From positions 3,360,001-3,392,000 of the forward strand of contig LT962688.1 in assembly GCA_900234795.1 (NCBI GenBank): a stretch of DNA of 32,000 bases. Direction: 5' to 3'. This document shows, piece after piece, positions 17,731-27,231 of this stretch. The first letter of the stretch is position 1, and the number at the start of each line of letters is the position of its first letter. The stretch is from Methylorubrum extorquens (GTDB lineage Bacteria > Pseudomonadota > Alphaproteobacteria > Rhizobiales > Beijerinckiaceae). Below the pieces are notes generated by a model. It was not told where the DNA came from. It did no database searches and saw only the letters and a program-made list of their open reading frames with translations. The translations under genes were made by a program, and so were the position numbers.

Positions 17731-19146
17731 ATGCACAAGTTGCTGATTCAGCTCGGCCTTCGCTTCGACGATCCCCACGAGGAACAGTCGTTCGTGAGGA
17801 GCTTCACGCTCGACGATCTCGGCCGCACGCAGGCCGCGATGGTGCTGGGCGCATTCGTCTTCTGCTCGTTCTCGGCCATGGACTGGATTCTCAGTCCCGA
17901 TGCCTGGGCCATCGCCACCGCGCTGCGGCTCGCCGTCGCCGTCCTGGTCCTGGTGCCGGCGACCCTCCTGCTCAGCCGGCCGGACGCCCGGCCTTTCGCG
18001 GAATGGATCTACCTCGTCTACTGCGTCGTTCCGGGCTGCATGCTCAGCCTGATCTACGTCTTCCTGCGGCCGAGCTTCGATCACGGCGCAGCGGGGCTGA
18101 TCGTGGTGATCCTGTTCGTCTCGACGCTGCTGCCGCTGCGGGTCTCCTCGTTCGGGGTGTTCGCCGTCCTGACCTGGACCTGCTTTGCCCTGTTCGAGAC
18201 CATCGCGACGCACGACAATCCCGGCTTGGCCCTCGTGAACAATGCCGAGATCGGCGCGGCCTACGCGCTCTCGCTCTACGGGGTCGGGGCACGGGAGTTT
18301 CGCGCGCGGCGCCAGTTCCGGACCACGGGGGAGCTGCAGGTCGAGAAGGAGCGCTCGGAGGCGACCCTGGCCGAACTGCGCGCCGCCCAGGCGCAGTTGG
18401 TTCAGGCCGAGAAGCTCGCCGCGCTCGGCCAGCTCGTGGCGGGCGTGGCGCACGAGATCAACACGCCCATCGGCCTCGCGCTGACGACCTCGACTGCGTT
18501 CGACCACGACCTCGCCGAACTGCGCCGCACCGTCGCCTCGGGGCAGATCCGCCGGTCCGACCTGACGCGGAGCGTCGATCGGCTGAGCGAGGGCGCGGGT
18601 CTGGTCTTCGCCAACCTGACGCGGGCCGCCGATCTGGTTCAGAACTTCAAGCAGGTCGCGGTCGATCAGGCGACGGAGGACCGGCGCCGCTTCGAGATGC
18701 GCCCCTGGCTCACCGAGTTGATGAGCACGCTCGATCCGATCCTGCGGCGCAAGGGCCACGAGGTCCGGCTCACCTGTCCCGACGGCATCCTCCTCGATTC
18801 CTATCCGGGCGCGCTGGCGCAGGTCGTCAGCAACCTCGCGCTCAACGCCGTGATCCACGCCTTTCCCGAGGGCCGCACCGGCACGCTCCTCGTCGACGTG
18901 AGCCGGCTCGGCGACACGCAGATCCGGATGACGGTGCGGGACGACGGACGCGGCATCCCGCCGGAGAACCGGCAGCGAATCTTCGACCCGTTCTTCACCA
19001 CCGGACGCGACAAGGGCAGCACCGGGCTCGGCCTGCACATCGTCTACAATCTCGTCGTCTCGACCCTGCGCGGGCAGATCGCCATCGACAGCGAGGAGGG
19101 GGTCGGGACAGGGGTGACGATCGACCTTCCGGTGACGGTGCCGTGA
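17731..19146 (+). CDS. Membrane sensor histidine kinase (multi-TM N-terminal domain, HisKA, HATPase_c)
   Basis: About 5-6 TM helices in the first ~190 aa, a coiled-coil linker, H-box [15 protein letters not shown]-box [14 protein letters not shown] and G-boxes RDDGRGIP and [13 protein letters not shown] 17731 is preferred. No response regulator is adjacent. Confidence 0.85.
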   Translation: MHKLLIQLGLRFDDPHEEQSFVRSFTLDDLGRTQAAMVLGAFVFCSFSAMDWILSPDAWAIATALRLAVAVLVLVPATLLLSRPDARPFAEWIYLVYCVVPGCMLSLIYVFLRPSFDHGAAGLIVVILFVSTLLPLRVSSFGVFAVLTWTCFALFETIATHDNPGLALVNNAEIGAAYALSLYGVGAREFRARRQFRTTGELQVEKERSEATLAELRAAQAQLVQAEKLAALGQLVAGVAHEINTPIGLALTTSTAFDHDLAELRRTVASGQIRRSDLTRSVDRLSEGAGLVFANLTRAADLVQNFKQVAVDQATEDRRRFEMRPWLTELMSTLDPILRRKGHEVRLTCPDGILLDSYPGALAQVVSNLALNAVIHAFPEGRTGTLLVDVSRLGDTQIRMTVRDDGRGIPPENRQRIFDPFFTTGRDKGSTGLGLHIVYNLVVSTLRGQIAIDSEEGVGTGVTIDLPVTVP

Positions 19147-19258
19147 CCCTGCCCGAGCTCGCATGCATCCGATGCGGCGGTGCGAGCAGTTGCGTGCGCC
19201 GCGTCAATGCCCAGATTGGCCCCGCCGGCCCGACCGGTGGCGAAACGCTCGAGCCCGC

Positions 19259-21841
19259 ATGCACGGCACGTTGTCCCAACCGGATTCTTCGAAGCCGGTC
19301 CCCGCCTCCCGTCTGCCGCTGACCCTCCGGCTGGCCTTGCGCGAGTTGCGCGGCGGGCTCTCGGGCTTCCGGGTGTTCATCGCCTGCATCGCACTCGGCG
19401 TCGCGGCGATCAGCGGCGTCACCTCGATTGCCGCCTCGCTCTCGGGCGGGCTCGGGCGCGAGGGCCGGCGGATTCTCGGCGGCGACATCACCTACAGCCT
19501 GATCAACCGCGAGGCGACGCCGGCCGAGCGCGCCGTGTTGGAGGGGCAGGCGCCGGTCTCGGAGGTGGCGAGCCTGCGCGCCATGGCGGTGGCGGGCGAT
19601 GGCGGCGCGGCCCTGGTCGAGCTGAAGGCGGTCGATCCCAGCTATCCGGCGGTCGGCACGGTCGAGACGGACCCGCAGGCGCCGGTGCAGGATCTCATCG
19701 CCGAACGGGACGGCGTTTTCGGCGCGGCCGCCGATCCGGCCTTGCTGACCCGGCTCGGACTCAAACCCGGCGACCGGGTGACGCTCGGCGGCTTTCCCAT
19801 CGCGATCCGCGCCGCCCTCGTCTCGGAACCCGACCGGATCGGCTCCGGCATCGGCTTCGGGCCGCGCCTGCTCGTCTCGCTCAGCGCGCTGCGCGCCACC
19901 GGCCTGATCCAGCCCGGCAGCCTCAACCGCTTCACCTACCGCCTGCAGATGCCCGGTGCCGACGACGCGCGCCTGACGGCCGTCAACGCGGCGGTGCAGA
20001 AGGCACTGCCCGAGGCCGGCTTCGAGATGCGCGCGCGCGACAACGCCGATCCGCGCTTCGCCAAGGGCATCGAGCGCTTCACGCAGTTCCTGACGCTCGT
20101 CGGGCTGACCGCGCTCATCGTCGGCGGGGTTGGCGTGGCGAATGCCGCGCGCGCCTTCGTCGATGGCAAGCAGGCGTCCATCGCCACCCTTAAGAGCGTC
20201 GGCGCGCCGGGCTCGCAGGTGGTCGCGCTCTACCTGATCCAGGTGATGCTGATCGCCGCGATCAGCACGGTGCTCGGTCTTGCCGTCGGCGCGGCCCTGC
20301 CGTTCCTCCTCGACCTAGCGCTCCGCGATCAGCTTCCGCTGCCGCTCAATCCCGAGATCGCCCCGGCCCGCCTCGCGCTCGCCGCCGCCTACGGGTTGCT
20401 GACGGCGCTTGCCTTCGCGATCCTGCCGCTCGGGCGCGCCCACGATGTCTCCGTGGCCGGGCTGTTCCGCGATGCCGTCGATCCGGCCGCGCGCCGCCCG
20501 CGCTGGCGCTACCTTGCGGTGCTCGCCGCCGCCCTGCTCGCGCTCGCGGGCCTAGCCCTCGTCACCGCCTTCGACCGCAAGGTCGCGCTGATCTTCATGG
20601 CGGCGGCCGCCCTCGCCTTCGGCGGCCTGCGCCTCGTCGCCGCGGGGCTGATGGCGCTGGCCGCGCGCCTGCCGCGGCCGAAGGGGATGGTGCCGCGCAT
20701 GGCTTTGGCCAACCTCCATCGCCCCGGCGCGCTGACCCCGGCGGTGGTGCTCTCGCTCGGCCTCGGCACGACCCTGCTGGTGACGCTCAGCGCCATCGAC
20801 AGCAACATCACCCGCGCGCTCGAAAGCTCGCTGCCGGGCCGCGCCCCGAGCCTGTTCTTTCTCGACGTGCCCTCGCGCGAGGCGGACGCCTTCTCGGCCT
20901 TCCTCGGCGCCCGCGCGCCCGATGCCAAGATCGAACGGGTGCCGATGATGCGCGGACGGATCACGGCGCTGAACGGCGTACCGGCCGGGCAGATCAAGCC
21001 ACCGGAGGACGCCGCCTGGGTGCTCGACGGCGACCGGGGCATCACCTACGCCGAGAGCCCGCCCGACGGCTCGTCGATCGTCGAGGGCGCATGGTGGAGC
21101 GCGGACGAGGGCCGGACGCCGCTGGTCTCGTTCGATCTCGAACTCGCGCGCGCCCTCGGGCTCAAGGTCGGCAGCACCGTGACCGTCAACGTGCTCGGCC
21201 GCCCAATCACCGCGCGGGTCGCCAACCTGCGCAAGATCGAGTGGCGCTCGCTCGGCATCAACTTCGTGATGGTGTTCTCCCCCGGCACCTTCCGCGGCGC
21301 GCCGCATGCCGACCTCGCGACACTGACGCTGCCCAACGGACCCGACCCGAAGCTGGAGGCGGAGGTGGTTCGCGATGCCGCGAAAGCCTTCCCCTCGGTG
21401 ACGAGCGTGCGGGTGAAGGACGCGCTCGATGCCGTCAACGACCTCGTGCACAAGCTGGTTCTGGCGATCCGTGGCGCCAGCGTCGTCGCGGTGCTTGCGA
21501 GCCTGCTGGTTCTGGCCGGGGCGCTCGCCGCCGGCCACCGCGCCCGGCTCTACGACGCGGTGGTGCTGAAGGTGCTCGGCGCCACGCGGATGCGCCTGCT
21601 CTCGGCCTACGCCCTGGAATACGGCGCCCTCGGGCTCATCACCGCGCTATTCGGCATCCTGGCCGGCTCGGCCGCGGGTTGGGTGATCGTGTCCCGGGTG
21701 ATGCGCCTCGACTTCGCCCCCGACCCCATGGGCGCGCTTGCGGTCGCGGCCTTTGCGGTCGTCTTCGCGGTGGCCGTGGGCCTGATGGGCACATGGCGCA
21801 TCCTGGGACAGAAGCCGGCTGCCTATCTCCGTCAGTTCTGA
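19259..21841 (+). CDS. FtsX-like ABC transporter permease, duplicated (YbbP-type, ~860 aa)
   Basis: N-terminus LALRELRGGLSGFRVFIACIALGVAAI. Two 4-TM FtsX modules, each preceded by a large periplasmic loop. The repeated motif L(K)xxGA (ATLKSVGAPGSQV, VLKVLGATRMRL) is typical of FtsX/MacB-type permeases. Confidence 0.85.
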   Translation: MHGTLSQPDSSKPVPASRLPLTLRLALRELRGGLSGFRVFIACIALGVAAISGVTSIAASLSGGLGREGRRILGGDITYSLINREATPAERAVLEGQAPVSEVASLRAMAVAGDGGAALVELKAVDPSYPAVGTVETDPQAPVQDLIAERDGVFGAAADPALLTRLGLKPGDRVTLGGFPIAIRAALVSEPDRIGSGIGFGPRLLVSLSALRATGLIQPGSLNRFTYRLQMPGADDARLTAVNAAVQKALPEAGFEMRARDNADPRFAKGIERFTQFLTLVGLTALIVGGVGVANAARAFVDGKQASIATLKSVGAPGSQVVALYLIQVMLIAAISTVLGLAVGAALPFLLDLALRDQLPLPLNPEIAPARLALAAAYGLLTALAFAILPLGRAHDVSVAGLFRDAVDPAARRPRWRYLAVLAAALLALAGLALVTAFDRKVALIFMAAAALAFGGLRLVAAGLMALAARLPRPKGMVPRMALANLHRPGALTPAVVLSLGLGTTLLVTLSAIDSNITRALESSLPGRAPSLFFLDVPSREADAFSAFLGARAPDAKIERVPMMRGRITALNGVPAGQIKPPEDAAWVLDGDRGITYAESPPDGSSIVEGAWWSADEGRTPLVSFDLELARALGLKVGSTVTVNVLGRPITARVANLRKIEWRSLGINFVMVFSPGTFRGAPHADLATLTLPNGPDPKLEAEVVRDAAKAFPSVTSVRVKDALDAVNDLVHKLVLAIRGASVVAVLASLLVLAGALAAGHRARLYDAVVLKVLGATRMRLLSAYALEYGALGLITALFGILAGSAAGWVIVSRVMRLDFAPDPMGALAVAAFAVVFAVAVGLMGTWRILGQKPAAYLRQF

Positions 21842-21982
21842 AAACGCATCGTCACGATTGAACGAAGGTTTTCATCCCGTTCGAACAACAAAAATCTTCG
21901 TTATCCAGGAAGGTTGAAAACGCGGCCGTGCGCTGAAGGCCCACTTGTTTATGGTTCTTCAAGCGAACATATTCGAGCATGA

Positions 21983-22058
21983 GGCGCGCCCGGTGCGCCA
22001 GGGGTCGCGCGTGGACCCCGTCACAACTCCGCGCCGAGAGGTTTCAAGGGAAACTTTC
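21983..22058 (+). promoter_or_regulatory. Structured 5' leader of the BI-1/ybhL-family gene (candidate ybhL RNA motif)
   Basis: Three consecutive hairpins: ggcgc-N7-gcgcc (21983-21999), ggggtc-N7-gacccc (22001-22019) and aggtttc-aagg-gaaactt (22039-22056). The loop and 3' arm of the third cover the Shine-Dalgarno 3 nt before the ATG. Confidence 0.3.
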
Positions 22059-22835
22059 ATGGCATTCGACAACAGCCCGTTCCGTGCCGGCGCCCAGCCG
22101 CAGGGGTACGCCGGCTCTCAGGTCGAAGTCGACCAGGGCCTGCGCAGCTTCATGCTGGGCGTCTACAACAACATGGTCGTCGGCCTCGGGATCTCGGGTC
22201 TCGTGGCGCTCGCCCTCAACATGGCCGTCCAGACCGGCACAATCGTCGCCAACTACAAGGGTGTTCCGCTCAACCAGTTGGGTGTGTTCATCTACGGCTC
22301 TTGGTTCAAGTACATCCTGATGTTGGCGCCTCTCGCCTTCATTTTCGTGTTTACCTTCCGGATGGACCGGATGTCGGCGGCTTCGGCACGGACGGCGTTC
22401 TGGGCCTTCGCTGCAGTGATGGGCGCTTCGCTGTCATCGATGCTGCTCGCCTTCACGGGCGCCAGCGTGGTGCGGGTGTTCTTCATCACGGCGGCGACGT
22501 TCGGTGGCTTGAGTCTCTACGGCTACACCACGAAGCGCAGCCTGTCGGGCATGGGCTCGTTCCTGATCATGGGCCTGATCGGCATCATCATCGCCTCGCT
22601 GGTGAACATCTTCTTGGCCTCTTCCGCGCTCCAGTTCGCGATTTCGGTGATCGGCGTCCTCATCTTCGCCGGCCTGACCGCCTACGACACGCAGAAGCTC
22701 AAGGAGATGTACCTCTACAGCGGCTTCGATGCCGAGGGTGCAGCCAAGATGTCCGTCAACGGCGCCCTGACGCTGTACCTGGACTTCATCAACATGTTCC
22801 AGTTCCTGCTCTCGCTGCTCGGCGACCGCCGCTAA
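22059..22835 (+). CDS. Bax inhibitor-1/YccA/YbhL-family membrane protein
   Basis: IDQGLRSFMLGVYNNM, seven TM helices and the C-terminal GALTLYLDFINMFQFLLSLLG. ATG 22059 is preferred over the in-frame upstream TTG/ATG. Confidence 0.9.
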   Translation: MAFDNSPFRAGAQPQGYAGSQVEVDQGLRSFMLGVYNNMVVGLGISGLVALALNMAVQTGTIVANYKGVPLNQLGVFIYGSWFKYILMLAPLAFIFVFTFRMDRMSAASARTAFWAFAAVMGASLSSMLLAFTGASVVRVFFITAATFGGLSLYGYTTKRSLSGMGSFLIMGLIGIIIASLVNIFLASSALQFAISVIGVLIFAGLTAYDTQKLKEMYLYSGFDAEGAAKMSVNGALTLYLDFINMFQFLLSLLGDRR

Positions 22836-22860
22836 GCGACGACGCAGGTTCCGAAACGCG

Positions 22861-22892
22861 AGAAAGCCCCGGCCGAAAGGCCGGGGCTTTCT
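22861..22892. terminator. Strong hairpin between convergent genes (BI-1 family and yidD)
   Basis: agaaagccccggcc-gaaa-ggccggggctttct: a 14-bp stem with a GNRA-type loop, T-rich on the + side and A-rich on the - side. Confidence 0.7.
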
Positions 22893-22993
22893 CATGCGCG
22901 CATTCGCCGGCGCGCCAACTTCGTATCCCCGCGGGCCGCACGGCGCGGGTTAGCGGGTGGCGTGTTACGGACGAGACTCGGGATAAGAAACCG

Positions 22994-23341
22994 TCAGCGG
23001 CGCTCTTCCACCGCCTCGCACACCAGGGGCGGCGGCGCCTCGACACCACGCCAGCGGCCATAGGCCCAGGGCCGGTGCCAGGCGGCCCGCTCCGGCAGGT
23101 GTTCTGGAACCAGATCGATGCCGTGCGTACCGAACGGGCCGCAGCGGCAGATGCGGGCAAAGCCGATCCATCCGCCGGCCCAGAGGCCGTGCCGCTGGAT
23201 CGCCTCGTCGGTATAGGCCGAGCAGGACGGCCAATGCCGGCACTGGCGGCCGATCAGCCCGGACAGCGTGAGCTGGTAGGCGCGGATCGCTCCGTGCGCT
23301 GCCCGGCGAACCACGCGGCTGTCGGCTCCCTCTTGTCGCAT
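22994..23341 (-). CDS. yidD: Membrane protein insertion efficiency factor YidD
   Basis: IRAYQLTLSGLIGRQCRHWPSCSAYTDEAIQRHG...ICRCGPF matches the YidD signature (C-R-x-x-P-[ST]-C-S-x-Y). Confidence 0.85.
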   Translation of the reverse strand: MRQEGADSRVVRRAAHGAIRAYQLTLSGLIGRQCRHWPSCSAYTDEAIQRHGLWAGGWIGFARICRCGPFGTHGIDLVPEHLPERAAWHRPWAYGRWRGVEAPPPLVCEAVEERR

Positions 23342-23385
23342 CTTCTTCGGTCCGAAAAACCGGGGCCTGCGGTCCGGGACGCGGC

Positions 23386-23859
23386 TCAGGCCGCCTCGGG
23401 CGAACCGGCACCCTTACCGGAATCCTTGCGGGCGGCGATCTGATCGAGCGCGTCCACCACGGCGTCGAAGGTCAGGAGCGTGGAGGCGTGACGGGCACGG
23501 AAGTCGCGCACCGGCTCCAGCACGGCGAGATCCGCCCATTCGCCCTCCGGCGCGGGACCGTTCTCCTTCAGCATCGCCCGCATCCGGGCGCGAACCGCGC
23601 GCAGTTCCTCGGCCGTCGCGCCGACGACATGGCGGGCCATCAGCGAGGAGGAGGCCTGCCCGAGCGCGCAGGCCTTCACGTCGTGGGCGAAGTCGGCGAC
23701 CGTCACGCCGTCGGCATCCAGGTTGAGATCGATAGTGACGGTCGATCCGCACAGCTTGGAATGGGCCGTGGCGGTGGCATCCGGTGCCGCCAGCCGGCCG
23801 AGGCGAGGAATATCGGCGGCCAGTTCCAGGATGCGGCGGTTATAGATGTCGTCGATCAT
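23386..23859 (-). CDS. Iron-sulfur cluster assembly scaffold, NifU N-terminal/IscU-like
   Basis: [18 protein letters not shown]..., with Cys in CGSTV and [14 protein letters not shown] 23859 is preferred over the longer track ORF. Confidence 0.75.
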   Translation of the reverse strand: MIDDIYNRRILELAADIPRLGRLAAPDATATAHSKLCGSTVTIDLNLDADGVTVADFAHDVKACALGQASSSLMARHVVGATAEELRAVRARMRAMLKENGPAPEGEWADLAVLEPVRDFRARHASTLLTFDAVVDALDQIAARKDSGKGAGSPEAA

Positions 23860-24082
23860 CGCTGACACGCCTTTCGCGGCGCCTGTTCGAGTGAGGTCGC
23901 AGGATTCGTTGCGCCAGATACGCATGCCATGCATTGCGCGACGGCGCGATTGCGACGATATAGGCGCGACACCGCCATTCCGCGAGAATGGTACCGTCGA
24001 CCCCGGTCACGCCCTGGCCCAGGATTCGGATCGTTCGAGGGCGTCGGCACTTGAACGTTTAAGACGCCCGGACGGATCGACG

Positions 24083-24892
24083 ATGTACGCCAAGCCCGAC
24101 AGCACCACCCTGAAGGCGCGTTTGGCGAAGGCCGGAGATGCCATGGATGCCGCTCTCAAATCCCTGTCCTACGGCATGAGCGACGACGAACGACGCATGA
24201 GTGCCGTGGGCCTGCAAGGAATGCGCGGCGCCAACGATCCGGGCCGTCCCGACATCACCCCCGATATCGCGCCCCTGCCCGAATCGGCCCAGCGGGTGCC
24301 GAACGAGGTGGCGCTCGGCCGTCCGAGCCGGCAGGAGGCGGAGGCCGCCGTGCGCACGCTCTTGCGCTGGGCCGGCGACGACCCAACCCGCGAAGGGCTG
24401 ATCGAGACCCCCGCCCGCGTGGTGAAAGCCTACGAGCAGATCTTCGGCGGCTATCGCGCCGACGCGGACGCGCTGCTGGAGCGGGTGTTCGAGGAGGTCG
24501 AGGGCTATTCCGACGCCGTGCTGGTGCGCGACATCCCGTTCTACTCCCATTGCGAGCACCACATGGTGCCGTTCATGGGGCTCGCTCACATCGCCTACTA
24601 CCCCACCAAGGGCGTGGTCGGCCTCTCCAAGCTCGCCCGCGTGGTCGATGCTTTCGCCCGCCGCCTGCAGACGCAGGAGACCATGACGGCCCAGATCGCC
24701 GACACGATCGAGAGCATCCTTCAGCCCCGCGGCTGCGCCGTGATGATTGAGGCCGAGCATCTCTGCATGGCCATGCGCGGCGTGCAGAAGGCCGGCGTCT
24801 CCACCATCACCACGCAGTTCCGCGGCGTCTACAAGAACGATGCGTCCGAGCAGGTCCGCTTCCTGACCTTCGTTCGGAACCAGAAGGGTTGA
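24083..24892 (+). CDS. folE: GTP cyclohydrolase I (FolE type 1)
   Basis: [59 protein letters not shown] and [11 protein letters not shown]. Start is uncertain: the catalytic core needs only about the last 200 aa, and ATG 24083 is the first plausible ATG. Confidence 0.88.
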   Translation: MYAKPDSTTLKARLAKAGDAMDAALKSLSYGMSDDERRMSAVGLQGMRGANDPGRPDITPDIAPLPESAQRVPNEVALGRPSRQEAEAAVRTLLRWAGDDPTREGLIETPARVVKAYEQIFGGYRADADALLERVFEEVEGYSDAVLVRDIPFYSHCEHHMVPFMGLAHIAYYPTKGVVGLSKLARVVDAFARRLQTQETMTAQIADTIESILQPRGCAVMIEAEHLCMAMRGVQKAGVSTITTQFRGVYKNDASEQVRFLTFVRNQKG

Positions 24893-24911
24893 GGCCCACG
24901 AGCCTCCGACC

Positions 24912-25334
24912 ATGACCGAACCATTCGCTTCCCCTGGCACCCGCGCCGAGGTCGAGGAGGGCGCCAGGCTGACGCCGCGCTTCGGCCCCGACGGACTCGT
25001 GGCTTGCATCGCCGTCGATGCGGGGGATGGGCGTGTGCTGATGCTCGCGCACATGAACGCCGAGGCGCTGGCCCGCACCCTGGAGACCGGCGAGGCGTGG
25101 TACTGGTCGCGCTCCCGCGGTGAACTCTGGCACAAGGGCGCGACCTCCGGGCAGATCCAACGCGTCGTGGAGATGCGGGTCGATTGCGATCAGGACGCGC
25201 TCCTGATCCGGGTCGAAGTCGGCGGCGACGGCGGCTGCTGCCATACCGGCCGCCGCTCCTGCTTCTACCGCGTGGTCGAGCGCGACCCCGCGAGCGGCGC
25301 CGTCACCCTCGCTCCGGCCGACCCGGATCGATGA
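24912..25334 (+). CDS. hisI: Phosphoribosyl-AMP cyclohydrolase (monofunctional)
   Basis: MLAHMNAEALARTLETGEAWYWSRSRGELWHKGATSGQIQRVVEMRVDCDQDALL...CHTGRRSCFY. Confidence 0.9.
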   Translation: MTEPFASPGTRAEVEEGARLTPRFGPDGLVACIAVDAGDGRVLMLAHMNAEALARTLETGEAWYWSRSRGELWHKGATSGQIQRVVEMRVDCDQDALLIRVEVGGDGGCCHTGRRSCFYRVVERDPASGAVTLAPADPDR

Positions 25335-26389
25335 GGATTGAGGCGTCCCGTTCCGCGGTGTCCCATTTTCCGGACGGGGCCGTGGAACCGGTGGTGCCGC
25401 GTTTCCGCTCCCCCCGCATCGGTCTCGCCCTCGGCGGCGGCTCAGCCCGCGGCTGGTCGCATATCGGCGTGATCGAGGGGTTGGAGGAGGTCGGGATCTT
25501 CCCCGAAGTGGTCGCGGGCTGCTCCATCGGTGCCGTCGTCGGCGGGGCCTACGCCGCGGGCCGCATCGGTGCCCTCAAGGCGTTCGCGCTCTCGCTCACC
25601 CGGCGCCGGGTGGTCGGCCTGCTCGACCCGCGCATCACCGGATCCGGCCTGATCGCGGGCGAGCGCCTGCGCCGCCGCCTCGCACGCGAACTCGACGGTT
25701 TCCGCATCGAGGATCTGCGCCTCGCCTTCGCCAGCGTGGCGACCGAACTCGGCACCGGCCACGAGGTGTGGCTGTCCCGCGGCCCCTTGGTCGAGGCAGT
25801 GCGGGCGTCCTACGCCATCCCCGGCATCTTCCCGCCGGTTGCCCTCGAGGGGCGCCTGCTGATGGACGGGACGCTGGTGAATCCGGTGCCCGTGCGCCTC
25901 GCCCGCGAACTCGGCGCCGACCTCGTCATCTGCGTGAACCTTGCCTGCGAGACGCGCGCGCCCGCGACGGTGATCCGCCCCGAGCGGGACGACCCCCTGT
26001 TCGACGCCCCCGACGAGCCGGTCGAGCGGGCGATCGAGCAGACGCTGGAGGCCACCGTGCGCCGCCGGGGTCGTTGGGCCCTGCTCAGCGGCGCGAGCCG
26101 CCGCCTCATGGGCCGCCGCCGCAGACCGGAGCCGCCGCCCTCCGTCGGCCGGCCGAGCCCCGGCGTCGCCCGCGTCATGCTCGACGCGTTCAACATCACC
26201 CAGGATCGGATCTCACGGGCACGGCTCGCGAGCGAACCGCCGGACGTCGCGATCCGGCCGCTTCTCGCCGAGTTCGGGCAGTTCGAGTTCCACCGGGCGG
26301 CCGATGGCATCGCTCTCGGCCGGCAGGCGGTGCGGGCGGCACTGCCCGAGATCCGGCGCATGATCGAGAGCGCGGCGGCGCGCGGTTGA
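25331..26389 (+). CDS. Patatin-like phospholipase family protein
   Basis: Oxyanion loop GLALGGGSARGWSHIGV, nucleophile elbow GCSIGAV (G-x-S-x-G) and a catalytic Asp region (LMDGTLVNPVP). ATG 25331 overlaps the hisI stop (ATGA). Confidence 0.85.
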   Translation: MRIEASRSAVSHFPDGAVEPVVPRFRSPRIGLALGGGSARGWSHIGVIEGLEEVGIFPEVVAGCSIGAVVGGAYAAGRIGALKAFALSLTRRRVVGLLDPRITGSGLIAGERLRRRLARELDGFRIEDLRLAFASVATELGTGHEVWLSRGPLVEAVRASYAIPGIFPPVALEGRLLMDGTLVNPVPVRLARELGADLVICVNLACETRAPATVIRPERDDPLFDAPDEPVERAIEQTLEATVRRRGRWALLSGASRRLMGRRRRPEPPPSVGRPSPGVARVMLDAFNITQDRISRARLASEPPDVAIRPLLAEFGQFEFHRAADGIALGRQAVRAALPEIRRMIESAAARG

Positions 26390-26420
26390 GGCCGCCGCGT
26401 GTGGTGCGGGCGCGAGATCC

Positions 26421-26448
26421 GGCCTGAAGTCAGGCCCGAAGTCAGGCC
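26421..26448. terminator. Two tandem short hairpins / 12-bp tandem duplication at the convergent gene junction
   Basis: ggcctg-aagt-caggcc followed by the weaker ggcccg-aagt-caggcc (one internal mismatch). The 12-mer (t/c)gaagtcaggcc is repeated twice (26425-26436, 26437-26448). The second copy carries the CBS gene stop. Confidence 0.35.
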
Positions 26449-26873
26449 ATCGTGATGTAGTCGCGCATCGCCTGATGCTCGGCTTCGACGGTGGCGATGC
26501 GCCGCTTCACCACGTCGCCGATCGAGACGACGCCGACGAGACGCCCCTCCTCCACCACCGGCAGGTGGCGGAAGCGGCCTTCCGTCATCGTCTCCATCAC
26601 GTCCTCGATGCTGGCGCGCCGGGTGCAAGTCACGACCTTCGTGGTCATGTGATGCGAGATCGGGCGGTCGAGGGCCGAGGCCCCTTCGCTGGCCAGGGCC
26701 CTCATCACGTCGCGCTCGGACAGAATGCCGATCACGCGGCCCTCGGCATCGCCGATCACGAGGGCACCGATCCGCTTTTCGGCCAGCAGGTGGATCGCCT
26801 CGTCGATGGTGCGATGCGGCGGCAGCGTGACCACCGAGTCGCCTTTCTCTGCCAGGATACGCGCAACGGTCAT
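26442..26873 (-). CDS. CBS-pair domain protein (143 aa)
   Basis: Two CBS motifs (IGALVIGDAEGRVIGILSERDV and FRHLPVVEEGRLVGVVSIGDVV). GGGAGGAG Shine-Dalgarno before ATG 26873. Confidence 0.85.
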   Translation of the reverse strand: MTVARILAEKGDSVVTLPPHRTIDEAIHLLAEKRIGALVIGDAEGRVIGILSERDVMRALASEGASALDRPISHHMTTKVVTCTRRASIEDVMETMTEGRFRHLPVVEEGRLVGVVSIGDVVKRRIATVEAEHQAMRDYITMA

Positions 26874-27156
26874 GAAGTCTCCTCCCAAGGGTGACCGCAC
26901 CGTCAGCCCGCGGTGCGGGAGCGGATGTGACCGGGTTGGCCCCGGTTCTTCCCTGGCGAGTGTGTGGCGCCTTGGTCGCGCTGGCAAGCGTCGGACGAGG
27001 CTCTATTGTTCATGAAAGAACAAAAATCGGAAGAAAAATTCACTACCGCCATGCGGGGTTCGACCGCAGATCCCCTGCGATCCGGCCCCGATGCGGTGGG
27101 CGGATCGGCGAGGCGTTGCACGGCACCGGCGCGTCGGCCGCGGACAGCGCGCTACG

Positions 27157-27198
27157 AAAAAGCCGACCCCGAGGGCGGAGCGCCATCGGAGTCGGCTT
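27157..27198 (-). terminator. Possible terminator of the outer-membrane protein gene
   Basis: On the minus strand: gaagccgac...(23-nt loop)...gtcggctt followed by ttt. It lies 35-75 nt after the stop at 27232. The loop is large, so this is weak. Confidence 0.3.
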
Positions 27199-27231
27199 CG
27201 GGTCGTGCGTTCAGCGCACGAGAGGCGTCTC

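Noticed and set aside
17590-19164. Upstream 1.5 kb of the 774-aa minus-strand ORF (16840..19164) that ends in pdxJ
   Set aside because: Only the last ~250 codons are PdxJ. The rest is Arg/Gly/Asp-rich, has no recognisable domains and lies exactly antisense to a well-supported histidine kinase gene. It is a high-GC shadow ORF.
21945-22058. In-frame upstream extension (TTG 21945 / ATG 21951) of the BI-1 family gene
   Set aside because: The extension is not hydrophobic or conserved-looking and covers the structured leader. Family members typically begin near the MAFDNSPF... position, which has an AAGGGA Shine-Dalgarno.
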